DNA from: Strigamia acuminata
Lineage: Eukaryota
Direction of reading: 5' to 3'
Length of the DNA: 64,000 bases
NCBI GenBank assembly: GCA_949358305.1
Contig: OX442314.1
Coordinates: 14,880,001 to 14,944,000 of the forward strand
Within the stretch, counting starts at the first letter, position 1, and every line of letters begins with the position of its first letter. This document shows positions 1 to 10,647 of the stretch, piece after piece. A program made the translations under genes and the position numbers. Below the pieces are notes generated by a model. That model was not told the origin of the DNA. It worked only from the letters and a program-made list of their open reading frames with translations, and did not search any database.

Positions 1-44
1 TGCCTCGCCCTTTCCTTCAATTCTTCGTGCCTTGAAAGCGATCT
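1..44 (-). CDS. EHBP1: Partial exon (RSLSRHEELKERAR...)
   Basis: TTTTTAG acceptor (AG at 45-46), phase 0; resembles the EHBP1 SRQEELKERAR segment. Confidence 0.88.
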
Positions 45-96
45 CTAAAAATAAATAAACAAAACAAAAAAGCACATTCAATAAACGGAATTATTT

Positions 97-134
97 AAAA
101 ATAAAATAAAATAAAATAAATAAAATAAATAAAA
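97..134. repeat. (AAAAT)n microsatellite in intron
   Basis: Read directly. Confidence 0.85.
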
Positions 135-304
135 CAAATAAACAAAAACTAATACTTAATTAGTAAATGTTACAACTAAAAAAAAAGATATTTGTGACGT
201 ATTATAAAAAGGGACATAAGCAACTAAATTTAATTCAATATTAATGTTAGTAATTAATTTAAAAAAAAAAAAAAAAAAAATTGCTCATGATTTAGTGCAC
301 CCAC

Positions 305-1291
305 CCTGGGCACCTCATGAGATGGTGATTGACTATCCCTGCGAAGTTGTTTAGTAGGGGATATATCAATTATTCCTAGCACCTCGTCAGGAGTCGATTC
401 CAGGCTGTCGTACAACATTTCGGACGACAAACGTCGCAAACCTCTGTTGTTGTCCAATTCTTCGTCGACGCCTTCTTTGGGAATTGGCGAGGACGGTCTG
501 TCTTTTCGTCTCCTTTTCGTCGACTCGCGCACATCAGAATGCCGAATTAAATCTTTCGATTCGTCCGGAGTCTGAGGCGAGTTACTCCTGTCATTCAAAT
601 TTTCCGACCCATTAAACGTTTCTCCTTCTTCGTCACTGTCAGAGTCAAATGGATTCATCAACTGATTGCGAGTCATGAGCAATGGCTTTTCAGTAGACGG
701 ATTCGATTTTCCCTCGCTCTCAGTCGGCGTCTGGCTCTCTTGGCGACCGATGCGCTCTTTAGTCGGTGACAGAGATTTGCCCAGTCGCATAATTTCACTC
801 GTCAAAGTCTTCCCGACGGGACTTTTCTCCTTAGTGGTCAAAGGCGCCGGCCCTTTCTTCTTTCCCTTAAATCCTTTGTCGCTGTTTACACTTCCACTTT
901 CCGATTCACTATCAACCAAGCTGCTTTTCCGCTCCGGTTCTATGTTGTTATTATTACAAACAGACCAAGTTGACTCGTCCGAACTGTTCTTCCGGCTGTC
1001 GTTCGTGTAAAGTCGCTGGTTGCGTCTGTTGATAGACTCCTCTCTAGACAGAGCCGTCCATAAGTTATTTGTTTCGGGATCCCCTCCGTCCTCGTGTCGC
1101 CGCAACATGTAGATAGAATCCTCGGTGGATTTCTTACTCAAGTGCTGCACCTCCAACTCCTGATTGGTGAAATAGGCGCGCAGTTGATACAGATAGGTCA
1201 TCACGGCCAACTTATCTGGCACGGTCATCAGAACCATGTCTGCAGGTTCTATCAGTTTCGGAATTCCCAAACGGGCTGCAGCATCAAAAGC
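305..1291 (-). CDS. EHBP1: Large exon: end of CH domain ([41 protein letters not shown]) plus long disordered region with NPF motif
   Basis: 987 nt open frame (ORF track 254..1270), TAG acceptor (AG at 1292-93), AGG|GTGGGT donor at 303-304, phase 0-0. Confidence 0.93.
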
Positions 1292-1366
1292 CTATTGGAA
1301 AAAGACAAAAATAAAACGTGTCAATAAAAATTGAGAATCAATATTTACATTTTTAAACACACATAC

Positions 1367-1415
1367 CTTTGTACAATTTACAATGATATCACTAGCATTC
1401 AAGGAAAGATAATCA
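1367..1415 (-). CDS. EHBP1: CH-domain exon 2 (DYLSLNASDIIVNCTK)
   Basis: TTTTTCAG acceptor, AAG|GTATGT donor, 49 nt, phase-compatible on both sides. Confidence 0.93.
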
Positions 1416-2629
1416 CTGAAAAAGATAGATTTTTTTTTAAAACTAATTAATTAAGTTTGCTCACAATAGGAATCAAAAAAATTAAAATTAAAAGAAATAA
1501 TAATGAAAACGGAAGGAATTCACAAATATAATAAATCATAACGAGTCAATTAGTTATCTCGACGTCAACGAATGGCACGCAATCATCTGTCACAATGGCC
1601 ACGGCGCTCAGCGAGCACTCAAGAGTTCCTTTGCATCAGATTATTCTCAACAGAAGCCTTTTGGCTTTTGGCGGAATGTTATCAATTAAATTTCTGCTCT
1701 GCCGCCATCTCACGTAATGTAAATTGATAGAAACAAGTAGTGTCTGCCCGGATAATTAGTGTTTTCGGAGACGACCGAGAATTAGCGAAAATGCAATTAT
1801 AATTCTCCAGTGAAATACCCAACCATTCTAGTAATTGTCCTGTCTACGACATACACTTGCCTTTCCCCGTTCAATTTAAATGCCTCACTCAGTCTTAGTA
1901 ATGACTCCCATCGCAAATTAAAATACAAATTCAAAAAACTTTTCCGTAACGAAAAAAAAATCATTTAATGAATTAAGCCTCGAAACGTGACGCTATAATT
2001 TACAAGTGTTTCCTTCGAACAAACACCGAACTTCTGAAATTTCACGTTTAATGGCAGTTAGGCATTGCATTTCACTTCTCTCAACACTCATCATCGTGCT
2101 GCTGTTTTCCCCATCAACTTATCGATGCCGTCCAATTGCTCAGGGAGTCGTTTAGATGAAACAACGCTACTTGTGCCTCAAATCCGACCCACACAAATTC
2201 GCATCTTTTCCTGCAGGCCAACACACGATAGACTTGGGGATAAATTAAGATGGGGAAACGATACGCTAAATGGTGCCAACTTGCCGCAAATGGACTCCAG
2301 GGTGCCGTATTCATATTCAACCGCAACATCGGATAGCAAAGTGCGGTAGAGAAAAGCTCGGTGAAGTGAAAAGAAGGACTGAGAAAGAGAGAGCGAAAGA
2401 GAGAGAAGGGAGAAAATAAAAGTAGTGGGTGTGTGTGGTGTTTTATGTACTCCACAGCCAAACTCCCTCGGAGCACTTAATCTTACTTGTTAGAAAAAGG
2501 TAATGTTGCTCGCGCATCTCAAGCCAATGATGTTATAAAGTGGACGATTATTCATCAAATTAAGGGATAATAAAATTCACAAACTTTAAAAACAACACCA
2601 CGTCATTGCCTTATTCTCACATAATGTTG

Positions 2630-2956
2630 CAAAAAGTCTGGTTCACAGTAAATAATTCCCAAACTGTTTCAGATGTTGATTTAGCAAAATGATTGTCAGG
2701 GTAGTATTTTGGGGGAAATCCAATTATGACATCAAAATTGACCTCAGAGGTCATCTTCAAGTTCATCCATATTGTAACTCGAGAACCATGACAGATAGAG
2801 AAAAAAAGTGAATTAGAAAGTTGTAAAGCACCATCCAATCAGTCTATAACTGTTTTTAAAAAATTATCTCTTGCTGAAAAGTTTTGAGAAAAAAGGTGTA
2901 AAACGTTAGTCTACTCAGTAACGTTACTGTGAACCAGACTTTTTGTCCACCCTGTA
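2630..2956. mobile_element. Tc1/mariner-type MITE, left tip eroded
   Basis: Perfect 22-bp inverted repeat CAAAAAGTCTGGTTCACAGTAA (2630-2651 / 2924-2945); the right end continues TCCACCCTG|TA, a CAGGGTG-type terminus with TA. Confidence 0.8.
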
Positions 2957-3711
2957 TATATAAAAAAATAAATCGAAACTTTAGAATTTTTTTTGCCTCT
3001 TCAGACGTAAGAAAAAAAATTTAAGAGGCAATTTTTAACTAGATTGATGGCTTGGCTTGCAACGAGACGGGAATTGTGAAGTGAGAATGAAATGCCACAT
3101 GCATAGAAATACACAAAACATCCACCAAACCAATACATTATTTTATGTAGTGACAAAAAAAAAGAAGAACAAATAGACTTCCATTTATCATCAAGGATAA
3201 GCGAAAAAAGAGGACAAATAAGAAATAAGCCGTCTCAAAACACATCCAGTCTGATTGTAAACCAATGCAACGAATCTACATATAAAAAAGGAAAACCCAA
3301 AACCTCATCGAGCAATAAGAAAATGACTTCTTCCCCATGTTGATCCTCTAGGGAAAGGTAAGGTTTAAATCTGCGGAGATGTCAAATCCCTGGAAATTTA
3401 GAGAAGATGACGGCGCATCCGTAATAAGGAACTCGAACCTCTCTCCGATTCGTCTTAAGTGGCTCTTTTTAAAGTAAGGTGAGGTTACTTTTTTGTAAAA
3501 AAGCTCCTGCTCACCCGAGCAGAACTGATTTTCTTCCATCCTATATATGCCTGCGTTTTCATTACATCAAGGACTGATCAAATTTACCTATTTTCACCAC
3601 TTTCCGCTATTCTCTGATCAATTATTTCGACTAGTTTCATTCCATTTTTAGCAATATAAAATTAAATTAAAGATTTATAAGGGCTTCTCACCTTTAATTA
3701 TGCATACTTAC

Positions 3712-3884
3712 ATGAGATCGGGTCTAAAAAAATGTATTACAGCAGCGAAAGCAAGTCCATCACGCCACGATGTGGTCATATTGGTAACATTGACCCCGCG
3801 ATATCCTTTGGTCACTTCCTTGCACCATGCTAGGAGATCCTGACTAGGAGTCATGGCTTTAAGCCACTGGTAAATTTCTGCTGA
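3712..3884 (-). CDS. EHBP1: CH-domain exon 1 (...[51 protein letters not shown])
   Basis: Typical calponin-homology signature (LL-x-[17 protein letters not shown]); GTAAGT donor. The 5' boundary is ambiguous among clustered acceptors (TAG/CAG/CAG). Confidence 0.92.
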
Positions 3885-6800
3885 CTAAAAATAAAAAAAA
3901 TAAAATTATAATTAAAAAATGACAATAAATTGGATCTTAAATTACCACCAAACACTATTAAAAAGCGATAAATTTGAGACAAATTGCTACTAATGTAATT
4001 TCTTAAAGCAGTAAGCAAATTGCAGGTACAGTAGATTGAGTTGTTGGCAAATAATAGGAGTTGATGTTAGGCAAATGCGTGTTTAACTGTCTTTAATGGG
4101 ATAAAATAGTGGGTCGTTAAAAATGAGATTTCCACTTTTTATTGCTGCGTTTCAATCCCCAATTTCTTTTTTTATTTCCCTGCCTATACCTAACAGCAGT
4201 CGAGTAACTTTCTCAAAGAAACCAGAGACTACACAATGCAGAGTAATGCAGAAAAGACCCCCAACGTGGTAAAAGGTCCGTCCAATAAATGTAGATCTAA
4301 CGTTACATAGGAAAGAAAAATGGCAATTTGATTCTCATTTCCACCCTATACAGACTACAGTCTCTTCTAAATCGTGGATTTATAGGCATAATTTTTAGAT
4401 TCTAGTAAAAAAAAAAAAATTTCTGCTCTAGATATTTCTGGAATAAAAAAAATCAAACTGTCTAATTCAGATGGTACCAGCTGGAGAAACAGAAATAAAT
4501 CAAGTCAAATACTACATGGGCAATGCAGCTTTAATTTCATTTTTCTTATTTTTCTTTTTATTAGAAAAATTAAAGCTTATAAGCTTTATATTAAAAAATT
4601 AAATAAACGATGAAGTTAAAGGAATTTTATCAAAAGAACTCAGGTATGTCTGTTAGTTTATTTCGACCTCAAAAATCAATTTTTGGCTTCAAACTTGCAA
4701 GCAAACAACACGTATCTGGTTCAATTTGCATTTTTGTTTTTAATAATTATTACCACAGACCAACTATGAGAAAATTAAAAAACTAAAAGGTAATTTAGCC
4801 TTTAATTAAGAAAGTACTCAATATTTAACAGAAAGCCAATAACGAGCTCGTCCAGCATTAATGCTCGCCTAATAAAAACAAAACGCGAATACAATGTAAA
4901 TGTTGTGAATGAACTTTGTATTTTCATACTTTTCTAAATCAGTTTCAGTTGTATAAAGACGACGTGTATGGGAAAGGTTGCACATGTTCTGCGAAATTAT
5001 CTCAGCAGACATGAAAATGTGTTAGACAATTTAAACATCCTCGCACCACTGTCTAATGACAGTCCTTCGCGTCTCATTAAACAAATTGCAAAATGTTTTT
5101 ATTTTTTTTTTAACTTTTAAATAATAAAAAATATATATTTTTTGACTTATTTTCGTCTTATAATTAATATTAATGAGACTGACTCATTTTTTTCTTCTTA
5201 CCTAATTTGCTCAATGTAAATCTGACCATTATTTCGTGTAATCCGTGCCGAAATGTCAAACAAATGGTAATTGACATTCGATTATCATTTCGCTAGTTTA
5301 ATTAATAAAAATCGGAGCATTGAAACTAACCGAAGGTGACACAGACAACGCCATCAGTTTCCATTTGTGCACGGTAAATTTCATTTTATAATATAAAATG
5401 CAAATTCGCATCTTCCGAATGAGTAAAATAACTGATTAACTGAAATTGAATCTGTTTTTAGACCATTGATCCAATAAATGTTACAAACTTGACATGATTA
5501 ATTTAAAAAAATAAAATAAAAATTATAAACACATGTTCTTGATTGGCATTGAATTTTTCCTCCATTTTTCCTCCATTTTTTTTTTACTTTTCTGATGACA
5601 AAAAAAAAGATCTAATTTATCAGATAAGAGCTACATGGCAATTTATACACTATGTAACAAAAATTAATGGCATCGCTGGGGAAATCACTCTTCATTAATA
5701 AATGCCTATTTATGAGGAAATGATGAAAAGCTATCATTTTCTCAAACTTTAAGGCAAAGCGTTAGGGCAATAACTAAAGGGTATAAAAAGCCTAATAAAA
5801 ATTATAACCTCGCTTAAAAAGTTTTTCTTTTTAAAAATTGAATTCTAGATAAAACAAAATTGTAATCTTTCACGTCATGATGCTAATTTTTGTACCGATT
5901 ACGCTTGAATTTTATTAATGACGTAATTAAAATTCTTTAAGACAAATTAAAAGTTGTGTGGAATTCACTCGAAATTTTTATCACAAAGAATAAAATATAA
6001 TTAAAGCAATAAAAAAAAAATGCTGATAATATTCTCTTTTACCACGCAATAAAAAATGCTAAGCAGCAATCTGAGACTCATGTTTACAACACTGGGATTT
6101 CTAAACGAATGATCCAAAGTTTCTTTCCCATTACTTTGCTGTTTTTATTCATCTCAGGTAAAGCTGAATTCAGCAAAAAATAAAATACCATCCGCAATCC
6201 ACATATTTCATTTCTATCCCCCGTTTTATTTCTTTATGGCCCCTCATATCGGGTTCTATGAGCCATATAATTTTACGAAACAAAAAAATTGTTTTATTCA
6301 AAAAATTAATAGAATTAAAACACCGTAAAACATAAAAATTTGATGCTGCGAGAATGCTAGTAGATCGAAATTCATCTCATCCCATTAAATGTCAACTTGC
6401 ACTTCCACTGATTGAAACTTGTCATGTGCGCATCGATTTTAGACCAATCTAAACATTCGATTTCGGCCCGACTGAATCATTAATTCCATTATAAAAAAAA
6501 AAGATGCATGCGACTGACACGTGAGAAAACTAAGAAATGCAGTTGATGCATACCGGATTGAAATAGATGTGCTCTTGATTCCGCGTGATAAATAAGTACA
6601 CTCCAGTTAGACAGCTGAGATGTGTCAGTTGTTCTGGTTTGGCAGAAAGAAATTTTTGCTGCGGTGACCTTTTATGAAATATTCACGCTCACTCGAGCGT
6701 GTAATTTTATTTTCCGCAGACAGGTGGAAAGTTTGCCACGTAGTGATAGATTTGAGACCAATGCAATGATGTACAACCAACAGCTATAACATCTTGTTTA

Positions 6801-6972
6801 CATCGCATGGTAAACTCCCAATTGATTTCCGAAGTCTCTTCCCAGCAGATTCCCCTAAACTTCACTTACAAAGTTTCCAGTGAAATATTTCAAAAAGCGA
6901 GTTAAAGTCCTTTGATTTTTACTCCACACATGAGAGGGACGACTCCTGTTCTAAATAGAAAACAGAATAGAA

Positions 6973-7430
6973 CAGCGTTTCTCAAACTGGGGCGCGAGCT
7001 GATTTTGATGGGGCGCAACGGTGTTCTGTCACTGTGTCGCCTAAAATTTCCGTTCCCGGATTTTTTTTTTTAATTTTTGCCTATTCCAATTCCAACTTAC
7101 TGCCTGTAATTGGTTGCAATACACCACAGACTAGCAAAAGCTACAAAATCCTCTAAAATCTTCACAAAAACCTTACAAAAATCTCTCAAAATCTACAAAA
7201 GCCATCCAAAATTCTCCAAAAACCTGCAAAAACCAGCCAAAACTCCCAAAAATGGAGCTTTGTTGTTATTGTAATTCCCCAAAGTGATGAATTTCGTAGG
7301 ATGGGATAATAGTAACAATCTATGTCGTAATTCAATATGAAAAAATTTAATGCACCGATGATGAAGTGGGGCGCGGAAGATCGCCTGTTTTAAAAATGGG
7401 CCGCAATGTTATAAAGTTTGAGAACCCCTG
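6973..7430. mobile_element. hAT (Charlie/Buster-like) non-autonomous element, 458 bp
   Basis: 16-bp TIRs CAGCGTTTCTCAAACT / CAGGGGTTCTCAAACT (2 mismatches); perfect 8-bp TSD GAATAGAA (6965-6972, 7431-7438) with central TA. Confidence 0.92.
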
Positions 7431-10400
7431 GAATAGAAGATATTCTTGAAGATATATTTGCATGGTCTGTGCAAGTCGTGTATATAAATGAATAAAGGTT
7501 GTAGCCTTTATTATTGTTCTCTACGGGTCAACCTCGGGGTCAGCGCATACAATAACCATCCAATAACCAACCCACTATCCACGGTTGTGGCCCGTGTGTC
7601 TACACACGGAGGTGGCGACCCGTCTCGCGGATCGCCGGGCGCCATAGTGTGAACAGTGGGTCAGTGGTATCGACCTAAGACATGACTGAACTAATCGCAA
7701 GCCAAACTCAAACTTGGTCTACCTTGTCAAATCTCACTCCTATTATCAAATCCTTACTCCTATTAACTAAACACTCCTCCTATTGGGTGGTCATTTGCAT
7801 GACCCATGTCAATACTAGGTGGGGCCAAATGGTCACGTTCTGAAAACCAACAATTTGGTGTAGCACACAATTTCTTCTTTTTTTTTGAAAAATAAAGAAA
7901 AGAAAAGAAAAAGTAATTTCTGGTATGGTTTTTTTTTTAAATTTCCATTTTGAACGTGTCACATGGATATTAACCAATGAGCCAATCTATACTAAGTGCC
8001 GTTTGACAATACTCAAGAAGTGGCTTCCTTCTAAGAAGTCCTTAATAACTTTTGCCCGCTCATTACTTGATCGACTGAAGATTAACTGGTGACAGCTGTG
8101 AGTAGAAAAAGCACTTTTCTCTTTCTGACACTCCCCATTTCTTACTAATGATCTCTACACCTGATAAAAAAAAAGTAATTGGAATCGGAAACGACCGCAC
8201 AAAAATTTTAAAGTTAAAAAAGAAAAGAAAAAAAAATATTGAATTTTTTTATTTTTTTTTTCTGGCAGAATGGTTAATCTCATAGTAAGAAAGGAAGCAA
8301 ATATAAAATATGTATAAAACGAGAGCACACTCAATCTAGATGATAAAATATCATCACCAACGGGAATTCCTTTCTGTATTCATAAATTCCACTTTATGAC
8401 TGATTGCCAACTCGATATAGGCAACGAGTGCATCCATGGACCAGCATTTGATGCTGTGTCGATACTCTTCATTCCCCTAGAGCGAATGCTAGAGGTTCCA
8501 CGAAAAGAGAAGGTGAAGAAGGAAGGTGCAAAGGTAGTATACAGTCTTTACTGTTGATCAAACTTACATTGCTATGACAGCTGCACCTATAAAATTTTTT
8601 TATTGTTGTTGTTAACTCTCTTCTCCGAGAGAGACGGCGAGTAAAAGAAATATATTTATTTTTTTCCATTTATTTATTTTCTAAGCCTAATTTATCAAGT
8701 TTTATCATTCCAAACTAAGAGGAAATTTATGAAGAGAATTTTCTTACGCCACATTTGATAGAACAAAAAAAAGATGAATAAAAACATTGGAAAAAAGACA
8801 GCTGGATGGAAGATCATAATGAGAAAATAAAATGATAAAAATCTACAGTGGGAAATGCAGAATCGCTTATTTATGTAAAATGTAAATGGGGAGACTAAAC
8901 AGTCCCAATTTTTTTAAAGATTATTTCATAAAATTGATGGACATTATCCCAAACTTTCGGTGACTGTTTTTACTGTCAACGGACGATAAAGCTTAAATTG
9001 CAATGCAAAATTGAGTTGACATTCAAAATGCGAAATATAAAAAACACTCAAACTTCAATAAATCAAAAACGCCAGTTCTTGCTTCGATTCTGGCTTTGCG
9101 TAGCATTTTATTCGCTTTATATATTGAATTGAAAAACAAACTCAATGTCAAAATAAGAATATATAAAAAAAAAAAAATTTAAAAAAAAAAATTGTCACGA
9201 GCATTGCAACTTGAACAGAACGACCATCAACAAGAAATGATCCTCTTATCACCCGACTACTATCAATTTGAAGACAACAAGAATATATAAACAAATAAAA
9301 AAAATGAAATTTCCAAAAAGAACATAATAAAGATTACACCGCAAATCTTTTAGCACCAATAAAAAAAGCCGATGCATAACACCCCGTGGACCAGAAAATA
9401 ACAAATTTTATTAATTATAATCTCTCCACATTATCTAAAGATAAGAAAAACATGCTCGCAATCAACATCAAAAGCAAAAACAATTTTCCTCCCTAATAAA
9501 TCAACATAAAATTGCGGAACTCAATATAAAAAAATAATATATATATATACACACACATGTATATTTATACAGATGATTATCGAAACTAAAACCAGAAGGC
9601 AAAATTTATTTAAAATGCATGCGACGAGTCACGAGAAATGTCAATGAAATGCGCATTAAGTTGCTACGAGGCAAAAGTTGAATGAGGCTGCAAAAAAGGC
9701 AGAAGAAGAACCGACATTTATTTGCATATTCGCATCATTAGCATGCGACTCAGTCGTTATAAGAGAATAGAAGCGTGAAAATCATTTAACCTTTCCGCTA
9801 GCACACTAACTACTAATGGTTTCCATCCATAACCCCGCATGAAAAATTCCCAAGCACAAACGACTTGAAAAGTGTGCAAAAGGCCATTTGTTATGCATAT
9901 AAAGGCGTCAAACAAAAAGGGCCCTATAAAAACTTTTTACCTTTAAATTGCGCAAAAGTTTGCCATACAACCTCGTTTTAGGCACTCTTAAATCTGGTGC
10001 CAAATTTTTACTGTGTACATAGTCGTAACATTTATGGATCTTTTTCTCTCTAATCTCGAAATTATGCACGGTAATAGTTACAAAGTAATGGAAAAAAATG
10101 GTTAAATTTATCATAGTTATGGGCATGGCCTTATGGGGCATTTAAGCAATCGAGAAGTTTGCACCGTGGCTTATAAAAATAAGAATGGTGCAATAACTAT
10201 TACTTTTTATGAAGTAACAGCTTACTCAGCACTTATTTGCACTTTGTAGAAAAGAAAATTTCTCATTGTCAACAAAAGAAACAAGAAAACTGTTCTAATT
10301 CAAGCCCCCCTCCCCACCTCCCACCCAAACAATTTCGAGATTAAATTAAATCTAATTTAGAAAGGAAGAAAAATAAAAAAAAAAAACCTTGCTAATATTA

Positions 10401-10582
10401 TAAATAAATAAGCAATAAATAAACAGACGGAAAGCATTGAAGAAAAAAATAAAAATCAAACAAAATAAAATAATAATAATAATAATAAACAGTGAAGTTC
10501 AGTTAAATATTATTCCCAGACCAAAGGTTATTTTATGAGCGATTCCTGCATGGTTAGAACGATTCGGTTTGTGATTCTGTTG

Positions 10583-10647
10583 GGAGTCCCGGGTAGCTCA
10601 ATTGGTAGAGCACCCGTTGATCTGAGTTCAACTGCCGGCTTGACTCC
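10583..10647 (+). pseudogene. tRNA-derived remnant or SINE head
   Basis: A-box/D-arm TAGCTCAATTGGTAGAGC, degenerate B-box GAGTTCAACT, ends GGAGTC/GACTCC can pair; the anticodon arm is missing, so not a functional tRNA. Confidence 0.6.

Noticed and set aside
666..1010. 114-aa plus-strand ORF
   Set aside because: Antisense shadow of the EHBP1 large exon.
7611..7662. HDV-like ribozyme reading of the hairpin cluster
   Set aside because: Candidate P1 and P2 strands overlap and the loop lacks the bases for P1.1; kept only as a generic structured element.
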